Positions 9,797 to 18,229 of a stretch of DNA of 64,000 nucleotides are shown here, piece after piece. The notes under the pieces are model-generated. The model did no database searches. It had not been told where the DNA came from and saw only the letters and a list, made by a program, of their open reading frames with translations. Source of the DNA: Clostridiaceae bacterium (lineage in GTDB: Bacteria > Bacillota > Clostridia > Tissierellales > Sporanaerobacteraceae); assembly GCA_019391515.1 (NCBI GenBank), contig JAHXQP010000020.1, forward strand, positions 156,367-220,366, in the 5' to 3' direction. The position numbers and the translations under genes are program-made. Positions within the stretch are counted from its first letter, which is position 1; each line of letters starts with the position of its first letter.

Positions 9797-10111
9797 ATGG
9801 ATTATTTATACCAAAAAGTTTCTTATTTAAGAGGTTTAGCTGAAGGTTTAGGAATTGAAGAATCTACTAAAGAGGGGAAATTGCTTCTACATATAGTAGA
9901 TACTCTTGAAGATTTTGCTGACGCTATCGAGGATTTAGATGAGTATGTAGGTTATATGGATGAGGACCTAGCCGATGTAGAGGAAGAAGTATATGACTTA
10001 TTTGATGAAGATTATGAATATGAAGATTTTGATGATGAATGTGGTTGTATAGAAATTGAATGTCCAGATTGTGATGAGGATTCTATAGAATCTTTAGATA
10101 GAATAGATTAA
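9797..10111 (+). CDS. CD1247 N-terminal-domain acidic protein with a single CxxC
   Basis: MDYLYQKVSYLRGLAEGL.I...TKEGKLL signature; start ATG 9797 after GAGGAGGG. Confidence 0.8.
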   Translation: MDYLYQKVSYLRGLAEGLGIEESTKEGKLLLHIVDTLEDFADAIEDLDEYVGYMDEDLADVEEEVYDLFDEDYEYEDFDDECGCIEIECPDCDEDSIESLDRID

Positions 10112-10129
10112 GTCTTGTAAAAGTAATGG

Positions 10130-10181
10130 AAAGAACTGATTTTAAATCATTAATGATTTAAAATCAGTTCTTTATTTTTTT
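10130..10181 (+). terminator. 44-bp perfect palindrome plus T-tract; terminator of aroQ-efp-CD1247
   Basis: AAAGAACTGATTTTAAATCATT|AATGATTTAAAATCAGTTCTTT (10130-10173) followed by ATTTTTTT. Confidence 0.8.
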
Positions 10182-10193
10182 GAAAAATTTTTA

Positions 10194-10221
10194 GCATATT
10201 ATTTATTTTGGGACATACTTA
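10194..10221 (+). promoter_or_regulatory. sigmaE-type promoter of spoIIIA operon
   Basis: GCATATT-N13-CATACTTA (B. subtilis consensus spacing is 14); spoIIIA is sigmaE-dependent in other spore formers. Confidence 0.55.
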
Positions 10222-10242
10222 TGTATAAAGGAGGGACAGGTT

Positions 10243-11220
10243 ATGGAGAAGGATGAAGCACTAATATTTGATTATTTACTCCAATACATAGCTCCCGAAA
10301 TTAGTAATATCTTATTTAAGGTTTCTAAGGAGAAAAAAAGAAATATAGAAGAGATACGACTTAGAAATAATTTTCCTTTAATGGTCTATTGTGAAGGAGG
10401 AGATTACTATGTTTCGAAAAATGGAGAACTAACACAAAATGAAAAAGATGTTTTTATTGTAAATAAAAAGCTTTTATTTAAAACTTTTCAACTGGTAAGT
10501 AATTATTCGGTATATGCATTTGAAGAGGAAATAAGAAGTGGATTTATAACTTTAAAAGGAGGACATAGGGTAGGAATAGCAGGCAAGACTATTTATGGCT
10601 CTAATGGTGTAGAAACAATAAAAGATATTTCCTCATTGAATATAAGGGTTGCTAGGGAAAAGATTGGTGTTTCAGATAAGATTATGAAATATTTAATTAA
10701 ACAACCAGATTCTATATATCATACCCTTATTGTCTCTCCACCTCAATGCGGGAAAACAACACTTTTAAGAGATATTGCTAGAAATATAAGTGATGGAATA
10801 CCAGAAATGAATTTTAAAGGTAAAAAAGTAGGAATAGTAGATGAGAGATCAGAAATTGCTGGAGTATATAGTGGGATTCCACAAAAATCTATAGGTAAAA
10901 GAACAGATATATTAGATGGTTGTCTTAAAAAAGATGGGATTATAATGTTAATTCGAGCTATGTCTCCCGAAATAATTGTAACAGATGAATTAGGAGGCGA
11001 GGAAGATATAAAGGCAATATATGAAGCATTAAAAGCGGGAGTAATATTAATATCAACAGTTCATGGAAAAGATTTAGAAGATATAATGACTAAAAATAAT
11101 TTAGGTGAGTTAATAGAAAGGAAAGTGTTTGAGAGAATAATTATACTTGATAATTCAAAAGGTGTGGGAACAATTCGAAACATATTGGACGGGCATGCTT
11201 TTACTTCTGTTATACATTAA
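10243..11220 (+). CDS. spoIIIAA: Stage III sporulation ATPase AA
   Basis: EEIRLR, GGHRVGIAG, SPPQCGKTTLLRD, VDERSEIAG, DELG. Confidence 0.96.
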   Translation: MEKDEALIFDYLLQYIAPEISNILFKVSKEKKRNIEEIRLRNNFPLMVYCEGGDYYVSKNGELTQNEKDVFIVNKKLLFKTFQLVSNYSVYAFEEEIRSGFITLKGGHRVGIAGKTIYGSNGVETIKDISSLNIRVAREKIGVSDKIMKYLIKQPDSIYHTLIVSPPQCGKTTLLRDIARNISDGIPEMNFKGKKVGIVDERSEIAGVYSGIPQKSIGKRTDILDGCLKKDGIIMLIRAMSPEIIVTDELGGEEDIKAIYEALKAGVILISTVHGKDLEDIMTKNNLGELIERKVFERIIILDNSKGVGTIRNILDGHAFTSVIH

Positions 11221-11232
11221 GGAAGGTGTAAT

Positions 11233-11757
11233 ATGATAATTTTAAAGATAATAGGCTGTACTTTAATAGTTCTATCTTCTAGCTTAATAGGATATATATA
11301 TGGAAAAAGCTATAAAGAAAGATTGGAAAACCTTATTTATCTAGAAAATTGTATAAAAATACTAGAGACAGAGATTATGTATGGTGCCAATCCATTACCT
11401 GAAGCATTAGAAAACGTATATAAAAAAGGTAATAAAAAAGTTTCATTTATTTTTAATAGAATTTCTCAAGCATTAAAAGAACATAAAAGTGGTGAAGTTT
11501 TAGAATGTTTTTTAATGGTATCAGATACTATGAAAAAGAATTTAAATTTTAAAAAAGAAGATATAGAAGTTTTTACAAATTTAGGCCGAACCATTGGTTC
11601 CTCAAATAGGAAGGATCAAGAAAAAAGCTTTAAATTAATTCTAGCTCAAATAAAAGCACTGCAAAAAGAAGCTAGACTAGAGAAAGAGAAAAATGAAAAA
11701 ATGTTTAAAAATTTAGGCTTTTTATCAGGTCTAGCTATAGTAATTATTTTATTATAA
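11233..11757 (+). CDS. spoIIIAB: Stage III sporulation protein AB
   Basis: N- and C-terminal TMs, LETEIMYG..PL, operon position. Confidence 0.93.
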   Translation: MIILKIIGCTLIVLSSSLIGYIYGKSYKERLENLIYLENCIKILETEIMYGANPLPEALENVYKKGNKKVSFIFNRISQALKEHKSGEVLECFLMVSDTMKKNLNFKKEDIEVFTNLGRTIGSSNRKDQEKSFKLILAQIKALQKEARLEKEKNEKMFKNLGFLSGLAIVIILL

Positions 11758-11770
11758 GGGAGAGAATAAA

Positions 11771-11968
11771 ATGGATGTAGAGCTAATATTTAAAATTGCT
11801 AGTATAGGTATATTGTCGGCAGTTTTACATACTGTCCTTGCTAGATCTGGAAAAGAAGAATACGCTTATTTAGCATCATTAGCAGGAGTGATAATAGTAC
11901 TTGGAGTAGTTATAAATTTAATAAGCAAATTGTTTGACAATGTAAAATCATTGTTCCAGCTTTATTAA
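11771..11968 (+). CDS. spoIIIAC: Stage III sporulation protein AC
   Basis: MDVELIFKIASIGIL...SGKEEYA. Confidence 0.93.
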   Translation: MDVELIFKIASIGILSAVLHTVLARSGKEEYAYLASLAGVIIVLGVVINLISKLFDNVKSLFQLY

Positions 11969-11983
11969 ATAGGAAGTGATAAA

Positions 11984-12370
11984 GTGGAAATATTTCAGAT
12001 AGTAGGAATAGGGTTGGTTGCTACCATGATGATTGTATTTTTAAAAGATCAAAAACCAGAATTTGCATTACTAATTAGTGTAGCAACAAGTATAATAATA
12101 TTTTATTTTGTAATAAATAAATTTCAAGTTATTGTACAGGTTCTAACTAATCTAGCTGAAAATGCAAATGTAGATTTTATATACTTTACAACTATTCTAA
12201 AGATTATTGGAATAGCTTATGTTGTTGAGTTTGGTGCTCAAATCTCTAGAGATGCAGGAGAAGAGTCTATTGCTTCTAAGATTGAGTTAGGAGGAAAGGT
12301 AATAATAATGGTGTTGGGCTTACCTATTTTGATGGCACTTATGGATTTGATAATAAAAATATTACCATAA
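11984..12370 (+). CDS. spoIIIAD: Stage III sporulation protein AD
   Basis: KIIGIAY..EFGAQI.RDAGE..IASKIELGGK. Confidence 0.95.
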   Translation: MEIFQIVGIGLVATMMIVFLKDQKPEFALLISVATSIIIFYFVINKFQVIVQVLTNLAENANVDFIYFTTILKIIGIAYVVEFGAQISRDAGEESIASKIELGGKVIIMVLGLPILMALMDLIIKILP

Positions 12371-12383
12371 AGGTGAATTAAAA

Positions 12384-13562
12384 ATGATAAAAACGAAAAA
12401 AACGGTTATAATATTTTTTTTTATACTTCTATTGCCTACTTGTATATATAGTAACGAATATGAGGATGAAGACAATATAGATCTTATTATGGAACAACTT
12501 GAAATTTTAAATTTAGATGAAATAGAAGATGCGATTAAGAATATAGATGATATAACATATCAGTATTTTCCTAAATTAAATTTAAAGGATTTTATTTCAT
12601 CCATTATTAAAGGCGATAGTACAATTAGAACTAAAGATATATTAAAAGGTATGGGAGAGTTTTTCTTAAAAGAAGTTCTTGAAAATATAAATCTTTTAAT
12701 AGAAATTTTAGCTATAACTATAATATGTGCTGTTTTAACCAATTTACAATCTAGCTTTGAAAATGATACTGTTGGAGAATTAGCTTACTATATATGTTAT
12801 ATATTACTAACTACTATTGTAATAAAAAGTTTTACTATAATAATGTTTTTAGGAAAAAACACAGTGGACAACATGGTAAACTTTATGCAAATAATACTTC
12901 CAATTTTATTAACACTTTTAGTAGCTGTAGGTGGAGTTACAGCAAATGCTCTTTTTCATCCAATAGTATTAGGTTCTATAAACATAGTTGGAATACTTGT
13001 AAAAGATATGATTTTTCCATTTATATATTTTTCTTTTATTATTGGATTAATAAGTAGAATTTCGCAAAAAATACAGTTTACTAAATTATCTGAACTTTTA
13101 AGACAAGTAGTTATTACAGTAATAGGTGCTTCTTTAACTATATTTATAGGGATTATGTCAATGTATGGAATAGCTTCAAAAGTTGATGGCGTTACAGTAA
13201 GAACTGCAAAATTTGCAGTTGATAAGTTTGTACCTATAGTTGGAAAATTTCTATCAGATGCAATGGATACAGTGGTAGGGTGTTCTGCTGTGTTAAAAAA
13301 TGCAGTAGGAGTAATAGGGTTATTTACATTATTTCTCATATGTATTATACCAATTATAAAAATAGTTGCACTAATCTTTATTTATAAAGTAGTAATAGCG
13401 GTTATTGAACCAGTTTCTACTATAGAAATTGGAGAATGTCTTAATGAAGTAAGTAAATCTTTATTGCTAGTACTAGCTAGTTTATTATCTATATCAATTA
13501 TGTTTTTCATAACTATTACAATAATTGTAGAAGCAGGAAATGTAACTATGATGTTAAGGTAG
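12384..13562 (+). CDS. spoIIIAE: Stage III sporulation protein AE
   Basis: Polytopic membrane protein; RTAKF....VPIVG..LSDA. Confidence 0.95.
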   Translation: MIKTKKTVIIFFFILLLPTCIYSNEYEDEDNIDLIMEQLEILNLDEIEDAIKNIDDITYQYFPKLNLKDFISSIIKGDSTIRTKDILKGMGEFFLKEVLENINLLIEILAITIICAVLTNLQSSFENDTVGELAYYICYILLTTIVIKSFTIIMFLGKNTVDNMVNFMQIILPILLTLLVAVGGVTANALFHPIVLGSINIVGILVKDMIFPFIYFSFIIGLISRISQKIQFTKLSELLRQVVITVIGASLTIFIGIMSMYGIASKVDGVTVRTAKFAVDKFVPIVGKFLSDAMDTVVGCSAVLKNAVGVIGLFTLFLICIIPIIKIVALIFIYKVVIAVIEPVSTIEIGECLNEVSKSLLLVLASLLSISIMFFITITIIVEAGNVTMMLR

Positions 13563-13570
13563 GTGAGAAG

Positions 13571-14209
13571 ATTGGGATCACAAGTTTTTTAAAAAGCTGG
13601 GTCATTGATATAGTTACTATGGTTATATTTATATCGTTTTTAGAAATAGTTTTGCCAAATAGTAATATGAAAAGGTTTATAGATATGATTGTAGGTTTTT
13701 TAATTATAGTTGTTATTATAACTCCATTCATAAAAATTATTTCTAAAGATATAGATATAGAAAAGAATTTTTTATTAAATAGCAATAAATTAAATGCCGA
13801 ATTTAAAAACAATTACTCTGAAGAAAAAGAAGAAGTTTTAGCGTTACAAGAAAAACAAATAATTGAATCCTATGAGAAGGGTATTGAAAGAAAAATAGGA
13901 AACTTAATAAAAGAAAAAACAAATTATGAAGTAAAGAATATAGATATGGAAATAAACAGGGATTTGGAAGATAAAAGTTATGGAGAAATTAAAGGACTAA
14001 ACATAGTTTTAAGAGAAAAGGTTGATGAAAATTCAGAAAATGACAAATCAATAAAAATAGAGAATATAGAAGAAGTGTGGATAAAAAAGAGTAAAGAAAA
14101 TAAATCTGATGAAAAATTTGAGGAAAGCGGTAAGATAAAAAAAATGATTTCAAAGGAATATGGATTATCTGAAGAAAAAATTTCTACTTCTTTAAGTAGA
14201 GAACGGTAG
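13571..14209 (+). CDS. spoIIIAF: Stage III sporulation protein AF (probable start upstream of annotated ATG 13619)
   Basis: LE..LP.S.MKRF....VG motif; in-frame upstream residues GITSFLKSWVIDIVT match the family N-terminus; start uncertain. Confidence 0.88.
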   Translation: MGITSFLKSWVIDIVTMVIFISFLEIVLPNSNMKRFIDMIVGFLIIVVIITPFIKIISKDIDIEKNFLLNSNKLNAEFKNNYSEEKEEVLALQEKQIIESYEKGIERKIGNLIKEKTNYEVKNIDMEINRDLEDKSYGEIKGLNIVLREKVDENSENDKSIKIENIEEVWIKKSKENKSDEKFEESGKIKKMISKEYGLSEEKISTSLSRER

Positions 14210-14220
14210 GTGACCAGAAG

Positions 14221-14799
14221 ATGAATTTTAAATTTAATTTTAAGGAATTTTTAAATAAGATAACTAATAAAAAATATATAAATAAACTATTAATAATACT
14301 AATAGTAGGTATAATGCTTTTAATCACAGCTAGTCTATTTAAAGATAATGCAAAAGAAGAAACAACTAAAAAAGATAATATAGAAAAGGAAATAAAAGAA
14401 AATAATATGGAGGACTATGCCTATGTTTTAGAGAGAAAGTTAGAAAAAATTTTAAGTCAAATTAAAGGAGCTGGAAATGTAGATGTAATGATAACATTAG
14501 ATGAAACTACAGAAAAGATTCCTGCAGTGAATAAAACAGAAAACCAGGAAAAAACTAGTGAAGAAGATTCTCAAGGAGGTGTTCGAGAAATAAATAGAGA
14601 AGACTCTACACTTCAAGTTGTAACGAAAGGGAGTGAAGGCTCTATCCTAGTGCTGAAAGAAATTAAACCAAAGATAAAAGGTGTAATAATTGTTGCAGAG
14701 GGAGCTTATGATATTGAAGTAAAGGAACAATTATATGAGGCTGTAAAAACGGTTTTAGATGTATCGGGAAATAAAGTGGAAGTATATTCTAGTAATTAA
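14221..14799 (+). CDS. spoIIIAG: Stage III sporulation protein AG
   Basis: LE.ILSQIKGAG.V.VMIT; P.IKGVIIVAEGA. Confidence 0.95.
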   Translation: MNFKFNFKEFLNKITNKKYINKLLIILIVGIMLLITASLFKDNAKEETTKKDNIEKEIKENNMEDYAYVLERKLEKILSQIKGAGNVDVMITLDETTEKIPAVNKTENQEKTSEEDSQGGVREINREDSTLQVVTKGSEGSILVLKEIKPKIKGVIIVAEGAYDIEVKEQLYEAVKTVLDVSGNKVEVYSSN

Positions 14800-14816
14800 A
14801 TAAAGGGGGGCTTTAC

Positions 14817-15473
14817 ATGTTTACTATAAAAAAACCAGCTATTATAACAATATTAGTCGCACTATTAGTTTTAACAGGATATATTAATCATCAAATGACA
14901 CAAAATTCAGTTTCTAAAATTTCAAATGATTATCAAAATCATGAAGAAAAGGAGCTAGCTAAGACTCGGCAAGAAAATAATAAAGATTCAATAGAAACTA
15001 TATCTAAAGAGAAAGATAGTAAAAAAGAGAATATTGGGAAAGAAGGAGAAAATCTTTCTAACTTGACTGAAGAGATAAATACCAATATAGAAAAAAACAT
15101 ATCAAAAGAAGAAAATCTAAAGAGTAGAAATTATTTTGTAGAACACAGACTTTCTAGAGATAAGATGAGAGCAAATTTAGTTGATGATCTAAAGGATATA
15201 GTAGATGATGAAAAAACTAATAATGAAGTAAGAGCGAAAGCCCAAAGTGAGATTATTAAAATGGGTGAAATATCTGAACAAGAATTGCATATAGAAGGGC
15301 TTATAAAAGCTAAAGGATTTGATGAAGCTCTTGTATTTTTAAAGGAAGATGGGGCAAAAATAGTAGTATCTTCAGATGAACTTACAGAACAAGATGTAAT
15401 AAAAATATTGGATATAGTAAAGGGTGAAACTGAGTTAGATTCTTCTAATATTAAGATAATGAAAAAACAATAG
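14817..15473 (+). CDS. spoIIIAH: Stage III sporulation protein AH
   Basis: TM plus YF...RL.RD..R and E.LIKAKGF.EA.V. Confidence 0.93.
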   Translation: MFTIKKPAIITILVALLVLTGYINHQMTQNSVSKISNDYQNHEEKELAKTRQENNKDSIETISKEKDSKKENIGKEGENLSNLTEEINTNIEKNISKEENLKSRNYFVEHRLSRDKMRANLVDDLKDIVDDEKTNNEVRAKAQSEIIKMGEISEQELHIEGLIKAKGFDEALVFLKEDGAKIVVSSDELTEQDVIKILDIVKGETELDSSNIKIMKKQ

Positions 15474-15479
15474 ATTTGT

Positions 15480-15508
15480 TTGTAAAACACCATCTATTCT
15501 GGTATAAT
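15480..15508 (+). promoter_or_regulatory. sigmaA promoter for asp23-amaP-nusB operon
   Basis: TTGTAA-N17-TATAAT with extended -10 TG. Confidence 0.75.
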
Positions 15509-15545
15509 ATGCTTATAAGATTTTAGATAGGTGGAGGTGGCTAAC

Positions 15546-15941
15546 TTGGCAGATACTATAAATAATGAAGGGGTAGACTATGGCACTGTAAAAATTGCTA
15601 ATGAAGTAGTAGCAATAATTGCAGGTTTATCAGCTACTGAGATTGAAGGCGTTGCAGGGATGAGTGGCGGCATTACCGGTGGCATAAGTGATATGTTAGG
15701 TATGAAAAATTTATCAAAAGGGGTTAAAGTAGAGGTTGGAGAAAAAGAATGTGCCATCGATATCTTTGTAATAGTTGAATATGGTTCTAGAATTTCTGAA
15801 GTTGCTTTAAAGGTTCAAGAAAATGTTAAAGAAGCTGTAGAAACAATGACTGGTTTAAATGTTATAGAAGTAAATGTTAATGTTCAAGGTGTAAATATAC
15901 CTAAAGAGCCTGAAGTAGAAGAGGAACCTAGAGTAAAATAA
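15546..15941 (+). CDS. Asp23/Gls24 (YqhY-like) envelope stress protein
   Basis: G.VKIANEVVAIIAG; GVKVEV; VQENVKEAVE.MTGL.V..VNV; start TTG 15546 after GGAGG. Confidence 0.92.
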   Translation: MADTINNEGVDYGTVKIANEVVAIIAGLSATEIEGVAGMSGGITGGISDMLGMKNLSKGVKVEVGEKECAIDIFVIVEYGSRISEVALKVQENVKEAVETMTGLNVIEVNVNVQGVNIPKEPEVEEEPRVK

Positions 15942-15944
15942 AAT

Positions 15945-15974
15945 ATTTACCCTCTGATTTATCAGAGGGTAAAT
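15945..15974 (+). other. Intra-operon stem-loop (14 bp)
   Basis: ATTTACCCTCTGAT-TT-ATCAGAGGGTAAAT with only a weak U-tract. Confidence 0.6.
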
Positions 15975-16003
15975 TTAGTACTATTAGGAGGTAGAGATAT
16001 TCT

Positions 16004-16552
16004 ATGAATATTATTGATAGGATTATATTGACCATATATACTTTTTGCCTTGCGATACTTTCCATAGCACTTGTACTATTCCCTTTTGAACAGCTTGATT
16101 TTTTATCCATAAATAATATTGAAGATTATTTAATAAAAATAAAAGGTAATTATGTATATTCTATAATAGGAATAGCTTTTTTATTGGTCAGCATTAGGTT
16201 TTTAATATCTGGTTTAACTGGAAATAAGGATAAAAATAAAGGAACTTTTCTTATTAAACATACTGATTATGGGGAATTAAAAATTTCGACTCAAACAATC
16301 GAAGGACTTGCACAAAGTATAGCAAATAAATTTACAGGTATTAGAGATATTAGAACAAAAGTATATATCTTTGAAGGTACAATAACTTTGCATATGAGAG
16401 GAGAAGTTTCTCCGGAGATAAATATTCCTGAAACTACAATACAGTTACAAAATAAAGTAAAAGAACATGTAGAAAAATGTACGGGAGTTGAAGTGAGCGA
16501 AGTGAAAGTTGAGATAAGCAATGTAACTGCGCCAACTAGAACAGTAAAATAA
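16004..16552 (+). CDS. amaP: Alkaline shock response membrane anchor AmaP
   Basis: Two TMs then G.LKIS..TIE and IP.....LQ..VKE.VE..TG.EV; next to asp23. Confidence 0.82.
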   Translation: MNIIDRIILTIYTFCLAILSIALVLFPFEQLDFLSINNIEDYLIKIKGNYVYSIIGIAFLLVSIRFLISGLTGNKDKNKGTFLIKHTDYGELKISTQTIEGLAQSIANKFTGIRDIRTKVYIFEGTITLHMRGEVSPEINIPETTIQLQNKVKEHVEKCTGVEVSEVKVEISNVTAPTRTVK

Positions 16553-16567
16553 ATTATAGAGGTGTTT

Positions 16568-16807
16568 ATGGTGGCTAAGGAAATTTTTTCGAGGTTTATT
16601 CAATTGTTAGGTAATAATAAGGGAAGAACTATAGGTGCAATAATAGGTTTTATAGTGTCAATACTTATACTTACTATTGGCTTTTTTAAAACTTTATTTA
16701 TTGCTATTTGTACGGGATTAGGATATTTTTTTGGAAAAAAATCTGATAACCAGGAAGATTTAAAAGAATTTTTGAATAAAATACTTCCTCCAGGGAAAAC
16801 AAATTAA
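16568..16807 (+). CDS. DUF2273 small membrane protein
   Basis: G.IIG..V..L....GFFKT.F......GY..G. Confidence 0.8.
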   Translation: MVAKEIFSRFIQLLGNNKGRTIGAIIGFIVSILILTIGFFKTLFIAICTGLGYFFGKKSDNQEDLKEFLNKILPPGKTN

Positions 16808-16853
16808 GTAGAACATTATATAGAATTTATATATAGTTACAAGGAGGACAAAG

Positions 16854-17258
16854 ATGGGTAGAAAGTTAGCAAGAGAAGAGACAATGAAATTATTATTTCA
16901 GATGGAAATGAATAATGATTATTCGGATGGTATAGTAGAATTATATATCGATGAAAATGAATTTACTCATGATGAAGAAGAGTACATTAGGGATGCTGTA
17001 GAAATGATAAAAAGAAATTTAAAAGATATTGATGAATCTATTCAGAAATATATAAAGGGTTGGAAAATCCATAGACTTGCAAGAGTAGATTTATCTGTTT
17101 TAAGAATAGCTGTTTATGAGCTTACTTATAGAAAAGATATACCTATAGAAGTGGCTATTAATGAGGCTATAGAAATATGTAAGAAATATAGTACAGATGA
17201 ATCATCAAAGTTTATTAATGGTGTATTAGGAAGTTTTGTACGCGAAAAGGATGAATAG
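16854..17258 (+). CDS. nusB: Transcription antitermination factor NusB
   Basis: R..ARE, W...[26 protein letters not shown]. Confidence 0.97.
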   Translation: MGRKLAREETMKLLFQMEMNNDYSDGIVELYIDENEFTHDEEEYIRDAVEMIKRNLKDIDESIQKYIKGWKIHRLARVDLSVLRIAVYELTYRKDIPIEVAINEAIEICKKYSTDESSKFINGVLGSFVREKDE

Positions 17259-17261
17259 GAA

Positions 17262-18218
17262 ATGAATAAGTATTATTTGGGAATAGATACAAGCGCTTAT
17301 ACTACGTCGATTGGAATTGTTAATGAAGAAGGACAGGTGATTTTGGATCTAAGAAAGAGGTTAAAGGTTGCAAAGAATAAAAGGGGACTAAGACAACAAG
17401 AAGCAGTTTTTCAGCATATTAAAAATTTACCTGAAATGTTTGCTAAAGTGTCTGAAACTATAGATATAAATGATTTAATGGTTGTAAGTGCTAGTACTAA
17501 GCCAAGAAATATAGAAAAGTCGTACATGCCTGTTTTTGTTGTGGGAAAAGAACAGGCTTTCATTATATCTAAGTTGCTTAATATACCTTATAAAGAATTT
17601 AGTCATCAGGAAGGACATATATCGGCTGGAATTATAGGTACTGCTCTTGAAAGGGAAGAAAATTTTTTAGCTTTTCATATATCAGGAGGCACTACAGAAT
17701 TACTCTTTGTAAATAATAAAAGAGAAAAATTTGATATTGAAAGAATAGGTGGGACATTGGACATAAGTGTTGGACAACTAGTAGATAGAATCGGAGTAAA
17801 ACGAGGATTAGACTTCCCATGTGGAGAAAAAATGGATTATTTATCTCAAAATGGAAGTATAATAAATAAAAAAATACCAATTAGCGTAAAAGATACTTGG
17901 GCAAATTTTTCTGGATATGAGAATCTTTTTAATGATTCAATAGATAATAAAAAGTATTTAACTGAAGATATAATTAAAACTTTATTTTATACAATATATC
18001 TATGTTTAGAGGAGATAATAGTTAATTCATGTATGAATTTTAATATAGGGAAAGTACTACTAATAGGTGGAGTAGCTTCTAATATTTTTATTAGAAAAAA
18101 TCTTAGTGAAAGTTTAAGTAAAAGGGGTATAGATTTATATATACCTCCTATAGAATATTGTTCAGATAATGGAATAGGAACTGCTTATTTAGGAAATGTA
18201 AAGAATGACCATAGGTGA
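17262..18218 (+). CDS. TsaD/Kae1-like ASKHA protein (O-sialoglycoprotein endopeptidase family paralog)
   Basis: LGIDTSAYTTS, SHQEGH, ISGGTTE, GGTLD...GQLVDR, GGVASN, CSDNG. Confidence 0.82.
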   Translation: MNKYYLGIDTSAYTTSIGIVNEEGQVILDLRKRLKVAKNKRGLRQQEAVFQHIKNLPEMFAKVSETIDINDLMVVSASTKPRNIEKSYMPVFVVGKEQAFIISKLLNIPYKEFSHQEGHISAGIIGTALEREENFLAFHISGGTTELLFVNNKREKFDIERIGGTLDISVGQLVDRIGVKRGLDFPCGEKMDYLSQNGSIINKKIPISVKDTWANFSGYENLFNDSIDNKKYLTEDIIKTLFYTIYLCLEEIIVNSCMNFNIGKVLLIGGVASNIFIRKNLSESLSKRGIDLYIPPIEYCSDNGIGTAYLGNVKNDHR

Positions 18219-18229
18219 GGGATTTAAAT

